Below, one piece after another: positions 6,757 to 15,846 of a DNA stretch of 64,000 nucleotides. Within the stretch, counting starts at the first letter, position 1, and every line of letters starts with the position of its first letter. The notes under the pieces are model-generated. The model saw nothing but the letters and a program-made list of their open reading frames with translations. It was not told where the DNA came from and did no database searches. The stretch comes from an uncultured Acidobacteriota bacterium (GTDB taxonomy: Bacteria > Acidobacteriota > Thermoanaerobaculia > UBA5066 > Gp7-AA6): NCBI GenBank assembly GCA_963823185.1, contig CAWGKP010000011.1, positions 331,223 through 395,222 on the forward strand, in the 5' to 3' direction. The position numbers were made by a program, and so were the translations under genes.

Positions 6757-9156
6757 GTGCGATTCGACGAAGCATCTAAGGTCTTCGAGGTCTCGGTGCG
6801 CGAGCTCGCCGAGGAGGAGGGCTTCCGCCGGGTCGGCTTCGACCGGGGGGACGGCTGGCGGCGCCTCGGCCTCGGCACCCAGGTGCACTCCCGGGTCGTG
6901 GCCCTGCGGCGCGACCGGCACACCGGCTACCGCGCCGAGGTCCACGTCCAGGCGAGGGTCCCGGTCGAGGACTGGACGGCCCTCCTGACCGGCCGCCTCG
7001 ACGGCTGCCTCGAGCGGGAGTCGGGACGGTGGCTGATCGAGGAGTTCAAGTCCACCAACCTGACGGTGGACGGGGTGCGGCCGTCGGGCTATTCCTTCGA
7101 GCGGGACCGGCGGCAGCTGCTCGCCTACTGCTACCTCTGGAAGCGCCTGGGATATCTGCGGGTCTCCGGCGCGCTCGTCTACGTGGACATCGAGACCGGC
7201 GAAGAGGTCTCGATCGACTGCCTCTACGACGAGGACACGGAACGGGACGTCGAGAGGCGGCTCTCGCGCCTGCTCGCGATCTGGCGGGCTCAGGAGAAGA
7301 TCCGGGAGCACAAGCGCCGGGCGGCCGAGCGGCTCCCCTTCCCCCACACGGCGCCGCGGCCGGTGCAGGAGAAGCTCATCGAGGCCGTCGCGACGGCGGT
7401 GCGGCAGGGCGAGAACCTGCTCGCCGAGGCGCCGACCGGCTCGGGCAAGACCGCGGCGGCGCTCCATCCCGCGATGGCCGAGGGGCTGCGGCAGGGCAAG
7501 CAGGTCGTCTTCCTGACGTCGAAGACGCTGCAGCAGAAGATGGCCGTCTCGGCGCTCGTCGCGATGAACGAGCGCGCCTTCTCGACGATCCAGGTCCGGG
7601 CGAAGGAGAAGATGTGCGCCAACGACCGGATCCTCTGCCACGAGGACTTCTGCCGGTTCGCGCGCGGCTACCCGGAGAAGATGGCGCGGTCGAACATCCT
7701 CGGGCGCCTGCGCGAGACCTATCCGCACCACGATCCCGACACGGTCTTCGAAGAAGCGAGACGTGACGAGGTGTGTCCTTTCGAAGTCCAGCTCGAGCTC
7801 GCGCAGCGCGCCGACGCGATCGTCGCGGACTACAACTACGTCTTCGAGCCGGGCGTCGCGCTGCGGCACCTCGTGGGCGAGGAGCTGTCGAAGGCGGTCC
7901 TCATCGTGGACGAGGCGCACAACCTGCCCGACCGCGCGCGGCAGATCTTCTCGCCGGAGCTCCTCGAGGAGGACCTGCGCGCGCTCGCCAACCGCCTGGC
8001 GCTCCAGCCGGGCGATCTCTTCGCGAACCTGGGGCGCACGCTCGAGGAGCTGCTGGCTTTGCTCGAGCGCGCCGCCGAGGAGCTGCCGGAGGGCGAGGCG
8101 ATCGCGGAGACGGCACCGCCGATCGAGGAGATCCAGGCGCTGCGGGCGGAGTGGGAGCCGCGCTTCGCGCGCTACCTCGACTGGAAGCGGGAGACGCGCC
8201 TCGCGCTCGTGGACGATCCGGTGCTCGACGCGCACTTCGCTCTGCAGCGGTTCGGCGCGGTGCTCGGCATGTTCGGGCCGGACTTCACCTGCGTCGTCGA
8301 GCGGCGCGAGAGCGGCGTGCGCCTCGCCGTCGTCTGCCTCGATCCCGCGCGGTCGCTCGCGCCGGTGTTCCGCCAGGCCTCGGCGTCGGTCCTGATGTCG
8401 GCGACGCTGACGCCGCCCGAGGCGGTGTGTCGCGTGCTCGGACTCGAGCCGGACCGCACGGCCACGCTCTCGCTGCCGCCGCCCTTCCCGCCGGAGAACC
8501 GCAAGGTCATGATCCTGCCCCACGTGCGGACGACGTTCTCCGCGCGCGACCGCAACTACGGGCGCATCGGGCGCCTCATCGCGGACATGTCGGACGCCCA
8601 CTCGGGAAACGACCTCGTCCTCTTCCCGTCGTACCGGTTCCTCTCGGAAGTCGCCGCGAAGATGCCGCCGACGCGGGCGCGGCTTATCGTCCAGCGCTCG
8701 GACCTCTCGGACTTCGAGCGGCAGCAGATCCTGACGGCCCTGTCGTCGCCGCCGGAGGGCGGCGTGCTGCTCTTCGCGGTGTCGGGCGGCATGTACGCGG
8801 AGGGCGTGGACTATCCGGGCGAGCTGCTCTCGGGCGTCTTCGTCGTGTCGCCGGCGCTGCCCCAGGTCTCCTTCGAGCGCGAGCTTCTGCGCCGCTACTT
8901 CGACGAGAAGGAAGAGGCGGGCTTCGACTACGCCTACCTGCAGCCCGGGATGACGCGCGTCGTGCAGGCGGCGGGACGCCTCATCCGCAGCGAGACCGAC
9001 CGCGGCGTCATCGCGCTCATCTGCCGGCGCTTCATCGAAGAGCCCTACGCCTCGCGTCTGCCGCGCGACTGGTACGGCGAGACGCCGGCCGAGCTCGTGA
9101 CCAACCGGCCGGCGGAAGAGATCCGGGAGTTCTTCGAGAAGTACGACGCCCCTTAG
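6757..9156 (+). CDS. PD-(D/E)xK nuclease domain fused to XPD/DinG-family (Rad3-like) Fe-S DNA helicase
   Basis: The N-terminal ~190 aa carry GRLDG...IEEFK...RRQLLAYCYLW (the D..ExK..QxxxY pattern of RecB/AddB/Cas4-type nucleases). The helicase core follows:
- Walker A: AEAPTGSGKTAA.
- A four-Cys cluster: CANDRILCHEDFCRF...CPFE.
- DEAH box: IVDEAHNL.
- C-terminal motifs: SATL and VVQAAGRLIRS.

An alternative start at GTG 6796 has an SD-like GAGG. Confidence 0.8.
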   Translation: MRFDEASKVFEVSVRELAEEEGFRRVGFDRGDGWRRLGLGTQVHSRVVALRRDRHTGYRAEVHVQARVPVEDWTALLTGRLDGCLERESGRWLIEEFKSTNLTVDGVRPSGYSFERDRRQLLAYCYLWKRLGYLRVSGALVYVDIETGEEVSIDCLYDEDTERDVERRLSRLLAIWRAQEKIREHKRRAAERLPFPHTAPRPVQEKLIEAVATAVRQGENLLAEAPTGSGKTAAALHPAMAEGLRQGKQVVFLTSKTLQQKMAVSALVAMNERAFSTIQVRAKEKMCANDRILCHEDFCRFARGYPEKMARSNILGRLRETYPHHDPDTVFEEARRDEVCPFEVQLELAQRADAIVADYNYVFEPGVALRHLVGEELSKAVLIVDEAHNLPDRARQIFSPELLEEDLRALANRLALQPGDLFANLGRTLEELLALLERAAEELPEGEAIAETAPPIEEIQALRAEWEPRFARYLDWKRETRLALVDDPVLDAHFALQRFGAVLGMFGPDFTCVVERRESGVRLAVVCLDPARSLAPVFRQASASVLMSATLTPPEAVCRVLGLEPDRTATLSLPPPFPPENRKVMILPHVRTTFSARDRNYGRIGRLIADMSDAHSGNDLVLFPSYRFLSEVAAKMPPTRARLIVQRSDLSDFERQQILTALSSPPEGGVLLFAVSGGMYAEGVDYPGELLSGVFVVSPALPQVSFERELLRRYFDEKEEAGFDYAYLQPGMTRVVQAAGRLIRSETDRGVIALICRRFIEEPYASRLPRDWYGETPAELVTNRPAEEIREFFEKYDAP

Positions 9157-9237
9157 GGTTGGCCGGATTCCGGCGCCGGCCGCGCGCCGATCCGTGACAT
9201 GATGCGAACGCTTCGCTCGGATAAAGAGAGAGGACCA

Positions 9238-10794
9238 ATGAGATCTGTGCGTACTGGGTACACGTGTCTTCGCCGCGGTCGTCGCGGCTCTGCTTCTGGC
9301 CGGCGCCGCCGCGGCGCAAACGGCGGGCAAGAAGCCCAACATCGTCATCCTCTGGGGCGACGACATCGGCTACTGGAACGTCAGCGCCTACAACCAGGGC
9401 ATGATGGGCTACAAGACGCCCAACATCGACCGCATCGCCCGGGAAGGCGCCCTCTTCACCGACTGGTACGGCGAGCAGAGCTGCACCGCGGGCCGCGCGG
9501 CGTTCATCACGGGGCAGAGCGGGTTCCGCACGGGCCTCCTCAAGGTCGGCCTTCCGGGCGCGAAGGAAGGGCTCCAGGCGCGCGACGTGACGCTCGCGCA
9601 GCTGCTCAAGGCTCAGGGCTACATGACCGCGCAATTCGGCAAGAATCACCTCGGCGACGCCGACGCCACCCTGCCCACGGCGCACGGATTCGACGAGTTC
9701 TTCGGCTCGCTCTACCACTTGAACGCCGAGCAGGAGCCCGAGAACCCCGACTACTTCAAGGACCCCGCGCTGATCAAGAAGTACGGCACGCGCGGCGTGA
9801 TCCACACCTGGGCCAACCCCGACGGCACCCAGAAAATGGAGAGCTCACCGGTGCGCTGAACACCAAGCGAATGGAGACGATCGACGAGGAGTTCACCAAG
9901 GGGGCGCTCGACTACCTCGATAAGGCGAAGAAGGCGAACAAGCCGTTCTTCCTGTGGTGGAACTCCACTCGCATGCACATCTTCACGCACCTGAAGAAGG
10001 AGAGCCAGGGCAAGACCGGCCTGGGCACGTATCCCGACGGCATGGTCGAGCACGACGCCATGGTCGGCCAGCTGCTCGACAAGCTGAAGGAGCTCGGCCT
10101 CGATGACAACACCATCGTGATGTATTCCACCGACAACGGCGCCGAGGAAATGTCGTGGCCCGACGGCGGCACGACGCCGTTTCGAGGGGAAAAGAACACG
10201 AACTGGGAGGGCGGCTACCGCGTGCCCTGCGCGATCCGCTGGCCCGGCGTCATCAAGCCCGGCACGGTCAACAACGAGATCTACTCGCACATGGACATGA
10301 TTCCGACCATCCTGGCCGCCGCCGGCGTCCCCGACGTCAAGGACCAGCTGCTCAAGGGCATGAAGGTCGGCGACAAGACCTTCAAGGTGCATCTCGACGG
10401 CTACAACGTCACGGATTCTCTAGCGGGCCGCGGGCCCGATCCGCGTCACGAGTTCTTCTACTTCAACGACGACGGTTCGCTCGTGGGGCTTCGCTATGAC
10501 CAATGGAAGATCGTCTTCGCCGAGCAGCGCGCCGAGGGCTTCGACGTCTGGCAGGATCCGTTCGTCGTGCTTCGCGTTCCCAAAATCTTCAATCTGCGCG
10601 CGGATCCCTTCGAGCGGGGCGAGGAGGGCATGGGCTACCAGGAATGGCGAATCAATCACGCGTTCATGTTGGGACCGGCGGCCACGTACGTGGGCATGTG
10701 GATGCAGAGCTTCCGGGATTTCCCGCCGAGACAGAAGCCGGGCTCTTTCAACTTGAGCGAAGTGATGGAGAAGCTGACCAAGGCAGACCACTGA
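9238..10794 (+). CDS. Arylsulfatase (type I, formylglycine-dependent) with signal peptide; frame broken twice (compensating) as sequenced
   Basis: An SD (AGAGAGAGGA) precedes ATG 9238 in frame 1. The signal peptide and catalytic core are in frame 2: RVFAAVVAALLLAGAAAAQ, PNIVILWGDDIGY, and the sulfatase signature SCTAGRAAFITG (C-x-A-x-R). The frame returns to frame 1 after about 9835..9846 (...DGTQK / ELTGALNTKRMETIDEE...STDNGAE...GGYRVP). The total of 1557 nt is divisible by 3. Confidence 0.8.
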   Translation: MRSVRTGYTCLRRGRRGSASGRRRRGANGGQEAQHRHPLGRRHRLLERQRLQPGHDGLQDAQHRPHRPGRRPLHRLVRRAELHRGPRGVHHGAERVPHGPPQGRPSGREGRAPGARRDARAAAQGSGLHDRAIRQESPRRRRRHPAHGARIRRVLRLALPLERRAGAREPRLLQGPRADQEVRHARRDPHLGQPRRHPENGELTGALNTKRMETIDEEFTKGALDYLDKAKKANKPFFLWWNSTRMHIFTHLKKESQGKTGLGTYPDGMVEHDAMVGQLLDKLKELGLDDNTIVMYSTDNGAEEMSWPDGGTTPFRGEKNTNWEGGYRVPCAIRWPGVIKPGTVNNEIYSHMDMIPTILAAAGVPDVKDQLLKGMKVGDKTFKVHLDGYNVTDSLAGRGPDPRHEFFYFNDDGSLVGLRYDQWKIVFAEQRAEGFDVWQDPFVVLRVPKIFNLRADPFERGEEGMGYQEWRINHAFMLGPAATYVGMWMQSFRDFPPRQKPGSFNLSEVMEKLTKADH

Positions 10795-10830
10795 GGCTCG
10801 AGCCGAGCAGAAGTTCGACAGAATCATTCG

Positions 10831-10861
10831 GGGCGGCGGGACTCTCCCGCCGCCCTTTTTT
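10831..10861 (+). terminator. Rho-independent terminator after the arylsulfatase gene
   Basis: GGGCGGCGGGA-CTC-TCCCGCCGCCC is a perfect 11-bp stem, followed by TTTTTT. Confidence 0.85.
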
Positions 10862-10885
10862 CACGACATAAGCTGACGCCAGCTC

Positions 10886-13437
10886 ATGCCGCGACGTTCA
10901 CGCCGGACCAGGCGCCCGGTCGCTCCTCCTCCGCAGGCGTCCGATTCCCGCGTTCGCTCGCTGCTTCCGCTCGCCGTGCTCTTTCTGTCGGGCGTGTCGG
11001 CGCTCGTCTACCAGACGCTCTGGGTGAAACAGCTGACACTGATCGTGGGCGTGGACGTCTATGCCGTGACGACCGCTGTCAGCGCCTTCTTCGCCGGGCT
11101 CGCTCTTGGCGGCGGACTCTTCGGCCGCCGGGCGGATCGCGCGGCGCGGCCGCTGCGATTCTTCGCGGCGCTGGAGGCGGGCACGGGCGTGCTCGGGCTC
11201 GGCGTCACGCTGGCGCTCGCGCACGCGGCGCCGGTGTTTGTCTCGCTCGAGGCCGTGTCCCGGCTGCTCGCCTGGGGATTGTTGTTCCTCGCGATCGGTT
11301 TGCCGGCGCTCTTGATGGGCGGCACGCTTCCTGCGCTCGTGCGAGCCGTCGCGCCCGCCGAGAAGACGGTCGGCCGAGCCGCCGGGCGCCTTTATGCCGC
11401 CAACACCCTGGGGGCGATGGCAGGCGCATTGGCCGCGGCATTCCTGCTCATTCCCCTGCTCGGCCTGCGCGGTGCCGCCGCCGCAGCCGCGGTCTTGAAC
11501 TTCACCGCCGCCGCCATTGCCCTGGCCGCCGATCGCCGGATGAAGCCGCGCGTATCGGTCGAGGCCTCCCGCTCGCGTCCGCCCCAAAACGTCTCCCTGG
11601 CGCTCGGGCTCTATGCGCTCGCCGGAGGGGTGGCTCTCGGCTACGAAGTCGTCTGGACCCAGGCGATCGTTCAATTCCTCAGCACGCGCGCCTTCGCATT
11701 CGCCGTCGTACTGGCGACCTACCTGACGGGGCTCTTCCTGGGCAGTCTGCTCTGGTCGAAATTGGCGGACAGCGTGCGGAGGCCGTGGCTCGCCTTCGGC
11801 GGCCTCATCGCCGCCGCGGGCGGGAGCGCCTTGTTGATGTTGGCCAGTATTGGACCGTGGCTACCCCGGACGCAGACCTGGATGGGAAGTCTCGTTTTCT
11901 CGGCGACCGGCAGCGAACTCGCGCGCATGTGCGCCCGCTTCGCCGTAGCCTCCGCGGCTGTCGTTCTCCTGCCGACCCTGCTTCTCGGCGCGGCCTTCCC
12001 CGTGGCCGTCCGGCTGGCCGGCGGAGCCGACCGTATCGGACGCGACCTGGGCACCGTCCTGGCGCTCAACACGGCCGGGGGGATCGCGGGGACCCTGCTG
12101 ACCGGCTTCGTCCTGGTCCCGGCATTCGGCCTCGTTCGAACTCTCGGCATCCTCGCCGTCGCGGCCGCGGCTCTCGGCGCTGTGGCCATCGCGCGGGGAG
12201 CGGACTTTCGCAAGCCGGTGCCCGTGGCGGCGGCGGCAATCGTCCTCATCCTGGGCGGCGGTGCGGCGCTCGTTCCGAGTGATCTCCTGGCACGTCTCCT
12301 GACGAAAGCGCGGGGCGGCAAACTCGTCTTCTACGAGGAGAGCACGGGCGGCACGGTCGCCGTGCTCGAGCAGCGAAGCACGGCGGGGCCCTTTCGCCGT
12401 CTTTATGTGCAGGGGGTCTCCAATTCCGGCGATCCCATGCCCTCGCTGCGCTACATGCGCCTGCAGGCGCTCCTGCCCCTCCTCATCCATCGCGGCGAGC
12501 CGCGCGCGGCGCTCGTCATAGGGCTGGGAACGGGCATCACCGCGGGCGCCTTGCTCGCCGACGACTCGCTCGATCATCGCGTCGTCGCGGAGCTGCTACC
12601 CGCAGTCGTCCGGGCCGCGCCGCACTTTAGGGGAAACTTCGGCGTCACGCACGACGGCCGCGTGACCTTGCGGCTGGGCGACGGCCGCCGCGAGCTTCTC
12701 CGCAACGCCGACCGCTACGATCTCATCTCTCTCGAACCGCCGCCCCCGTCCGCGGCCGGCGTCGTCAATCTCTACTCCCGCGACTTCTACGCTTGGCCCG
12801 CCGCCGCCTGAATCCGGACGGGCTCCTCGCCCAATGGTGGCCGCTTGCCACGCAGAACGACGAGGACTCGCGTTCCCTCATCCGGAGCTTCCTGGACGTC
12901 TTCCCACACGCGACCCTCTGGACGACCGAGCTTCACGAAGCGCTCTTGATTGGATCGGCCGAGCCCATCCGGCTCGACGCCCCTCGGATCGCGGAACGCT
13001 TCGCGCGGCCCGGCATATCCGCTGCGCTTCGGGAGGTGGGTGTCGGATCGCCGGCCGCGCTCCTGGCGACATACGTCACGGACCGAGCCGGACTGGAGCG
13101 GTACGTGCAGGACGCGCCGCCCACGACCGACGACCGCCCGCGAATCGAGTATGCGGCCTGGCTCCGTCCGGGGGAATTCTCCCGAGTGTTGCCCCGCTTG
13201 CTCGCCCTACAGACAGATCCGCCGATTACGGGCGCCGCTGAGCCGCTCCTGGCGGCAATCGCCGTCGAGCGGGAGCACCTTCGGGACTTCTATCAGGCAT
13301 TCCACGCCTACCCCGGAGACCCCGAGCGATGGGCCGGGAACATGATGAGCGTCCTCGCCGAGGACGGCTCCAACCCTTACTACTCGTGGTTTCTGGCTGG
13401 AGTTCCGAACCCGGGAAGTCCTTCGCCGATCCAATAG
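10886..13437 (+). CDS. Fused polytopic membrane (MFS-like) / spermidine-synthase-like aminopropyltransferase family protein; one frame break as sequenced
   Basis: The N-terminal ~480 aa are multi-TM (LFLSGVSALVYQTLW...). A SpeE-like domain follows (VIGLGTGITAG...LISLEPPPPSAAGVVNLYSRDFY). The sequence continues in another frame at about 12788..12800 (LARRRLNPDGLLAQWWPL...DDRPRIEY). Confidence 0.7.
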
Positions 13438-13494
13438 GGCCGTGCGCTCCGTCGGGCAGGCGTTTCCGTCGCGCTGCGGCCCGATCGCGCCGCG

Positions 13495-14253
13495 TCAATT
13501 CGGGAAGTGCAGACCGAGCGCGCGCGCGAAGAACGTCGCGATCTCGCCGCGCGTCACGGTCTGGTTCGGACAGAAGTTTCCGTTGCCGCAGCCGCCCGTG
13601 ATTCCCGACGCCGCAAACGCCTCAATGCCCTTGTAGTAGAGGAACGTCGGCGGCACGTCGCCGAAAGTCTGCGTGCCGGGGGCCGGCGTCGAGACCTGGA
13701 GCTGGTAGAAGAAATCCACCTCGCGGAACTGGAGGTCGGCTCCTCCCGCGGTCAGATATACGCGGACAAACGCGAGCTCGGCCGTCTTGTCCACGAGGAT
13801 CGGCGTCGAGGAGATGTCCCCGACGAGCCGCCCCTGGAACGGCGAGGCGGCGGTCCCGGCCGTCGCCGCGAGACCCGACTGCAGGCAGCCGTCGTTCGGG
13901 TCGAGCGACTGACACCGGATGACATTCATGTTGACCTCGCCCGTATCGCTCGCGTCGTACGTCACCGCCTCGATCCGGACGAGCTTGGAGCCGGTGGGCA
14001 AGTTGGGGTGGCAATCCCAGACGCCCGAGGCGGGGCTCGAATACATGAACTGAGTGTTGCCGTTCATGACGGGGTCGGTGCCGGCGAGCGCAAAGCATTG
14101 CGAGGCCGGTACCTGAACCATGGTCAGGGACGCGGTGCCGAACGCTTCTGGCCGCGCCTCGCGCGCGTTCGCGACACCGGCAGCACCGAGCACCATCGGG
14201 ATCACAACGAACCAGGACCGCCAGCGCCTCCGAAAAACGGCGTCGATCTTCAT
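13495..14253 (-). CDS. Secreted protein with a single C-terminal Cys-containing SLH-like module
   Basis: An SD (GGAGGA) precedes ATG 14253. The signal peptide is MKIDAVFRRRWRSWFVVIPMVLGAAGVANA. The C-terminus is FGDVPPTFLYYKGIEAFAASGITGGCGNGNFCPNQTVTRGEIATFFARALG, the same module as in 49254..51666 and 51866..55165. Confidence 0.7.
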   Translation of the reverse strand: MKIDAVFRRRWRSWFVVIPMVLGAAGVANAREARPEAFGTASLTMVQVPASQCFALAGTDPVMNGNTQFMYSSPASGVWDCHPNLPTGSKLVRIEAVTYDASDTGEVNMNVIRCQSLDPNDGCLQSGLAATAGTAASPFQGRLVGDISSTPILVDKTAELAFVRVYLTAGGADLQFREVDFFYQLQVSTPAPGTQTFGDVPPTFLYYKGIEAFAASGITGGCGNGNFCPNQTVTRGEIATFFARALGLHFPN

Positions 14254-14361
14254 CGCCTTCCTCCGCTTTCTTTGGCCCCGATCATACGGTGACCGCTCAC
14301 ACGTCCTCGCCGATCGCATAGAGTCGGCATCGCGCGCCCTCGAGGCGCCGGAGGACGATCC

Positions 14362-14787
14362 ATGAAGATCCGATTGAGACGTCTGGTCCCGTTCCTGGCT
14401 GTCCTCTCCCTTCCCGCAGCGGCGATCGCCGACGACCTCACCGGGGAGCAGCTGCTTCTCTGCACGGCCGTGCAGGTCGCGGTCTGCGAGGACGGCGGCG
14501 ACTGCAACGTCGAGACACCCAGGGAACTGAACGTCCCGCAGTTCATCCAGGTCGACCTGAAGGCGAAGAAGCTCTCGACAACGCCGGCGAGCGGCGAGAA
14601 TCGCTCGACGCCGATCGGCACGCTGCTGCGCGAAGACGGCAACATCTATCTCCAGGGCGTCGAGGGCGGCCGCGCCTACAGCTTCGTCATCGGCGAGAAG
14701 ACGGGAGCTCTCGTGGCCGCGGTCGCGCGCGACGGGAAGGCCGTATCGGTCTTCGGCGCCTGCACGCCGATGACGGCACCGAAGTGA
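14362..14787 (+). CDS. Small secreted hypothetical protein (141 aa, 4 Cys)
   Basis: An SD (GGAGGA) precedes the ATG. The signal peptide is MKIRLRRLVPFLAVLSLPAAAIA. No family was recognised. Confidence 0.55.
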   Translation: MKIRLRRLVPFLAVLSLPAAAIADDLTGEQLLLCTAVQVAVCEDGGDCNVETPRELNVPQFIQVDLKAKKLSTTPASGENRSTPIGTLLREDGNIYLQGVEGGRAYSFVIGEKTGALVAAVARDGKAVSVFGACTPMTAPK

Positions 14788-14819
14788 GCGTCGACAGGCA
14801 CAGGCACAGGAGGATCGAC

Positions 14820-15353
14820 ATGAAGAGAACGATTCTTGCCGCGCTTCTCATCGGGATCGCGGCGCAGATGGCGACGACGGCGCAGACGCAGCCCGCCTCG
14901 CAGCAGAAGTCCCTCGCGGCGACGATGAACGTCTACGTCTTTCCGGCCCAGGGGCAGGCCGCGGGCCAGCAGTCGAAGGACGAAAGCGAGTGCTACAACT
15001 GGGCGGTCAAAGAAACCGGAACCGACCCCTTCGAGCTCACCAAGCAGGCTCAGGCGGCGCAGCAGCAGCAGGCGCAGTCCGCTCAGTCGGCCCAGGGCTC
15101 GGGAGCGAGAGGCGCCGCGAAGGGTGCCGCCGCGGGCGCCCTCATCGGAGGGATCGCGGGCGACGCCGGCACGGGCGCGGCGGTCGGGGCGGCCACGGGA
15201 GCGGTCGCGGGCCGGCGTCAGCGCAAGCAGGCGGAGGCGCAGTCCCAGCAGCAGTCCCAGAACATCCAGACCGCCACCGCCGAGCAGATGGCGAACTTCA
15301 AGAAGGCGTTCAGCGCGTGTCTGGAGGCCAAGAAGTACACGGTCAAGTACTGA
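14820..15353 (+). CDS. Secreted glycine-zipper protein (Q-rich, GxxxG-type zipper)
   Basis: An SD (AGGAGGA) precedes ATG 14820. The signal peptide is MKRTILAALLIGIAAQMA. The glycine zipper reads GAAKGAAAGALIGGIAGDAGTGAAVGAATGAVAG. Confidence 0.6.
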   Translation: MKRTILAALLIGIAAQMATTAQTQPASQQKSLAATMNVYVFPAQGQAAGQQSKDESECYNWAVKETGTDPFELTKQAQAAQQQQAQSAQSAQGSGARGAAKGAAAGALIGGIAGDAGTGAAVGAATGAVAGRRQRKQAEAQSQQQSQNIQTATAEQMANFKKAFSACLEAKKYTVKY

Positions 15354-15366
15354 GGCCGCCGACGCC

Positions 15367-15846
15367 TTGGCCAACCCGTACAAGAGCCTCAAGTACCCGC
15401 GGCTGACGGTCGACTCGTTCGTCGTCGACCGGCGCGGCCGCCTGCTCCTGGTTCAGCGCGGCCGGCCGCCGTATCGGGGTTCCTGGGGACTACCCGGAGG
15501 CTTCTGCGAGTGGAAGGAGACGACCGAGCACTGCTGCGCGCGGGAAACGCTCGAGGAGACGGGACTGCGCGTGCGCGTGGGCGAGCTCCTCGCCGTCTAC
15601 TCGGCGCCGAACCGCGACCCGCGCGGCCACAACGTGACCGTTCTCTACGCGGCGCGGGTGGTCGGCGGGAAGGTCAAGGGCGGCGACGACGCGGCGGACG
15701 CGCGGTTCTTCACGCGCCGCGAGCTCGCGCGCCTCGACTTCGCCTTCGATCACGGCGAGATCGTCAGGACGCAGCTGGCTCGCCGGGCTCGAGCGCGGGT
15801 GGCGGGTCGTCCTTCGCGCGGGCGGCGCGGCGCCGCTCGAGGATGA
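15367..15846 (+). CDS. NUDIX hydrolase
   Basis: The Nudix box GFCEWKETTEHCCARETLEETGL fits Gx5Ex7REUxEExGU. The only in-frame start before the domain is TTG 15367. The 3' tail overlaps the convergent LOG gene by 83 nt, so the true stop is uncertain. Confidence 0.7.
   Translation: MANPYKSLKYPRLTVDSFVVDRRGRLLLVQRGRPPYRGSWGLPGGFCEWKETTEHCCARETLEETGLRVRVGELLAVYSAPNRDPRGHNVTVLYAARVVGGKVKGGDDAADARFFTRRELARLDFAFDHGEIVRTQLARRARARVAGRPSRGRRGAARG

Noticed and set aside
6742-9366. An 874-aa ORF antisense to the helicase. Similar long antisense or out-of-frame ORFs include 37176..40292 (1038 aa, opposite ileS), 42891..45968 (1025 aa, opposite the BNR protein), 48927..51737, 52967..55102, 33772..35208, 19094..20803 and 21630..23315.
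   Set aside because: All are Arg/Ala/Gly/Pro-rich low-complexity translations lying opposite genes with unmistakable conserved motifs. Long stop-free shadow frames are expected at about 70% GC.
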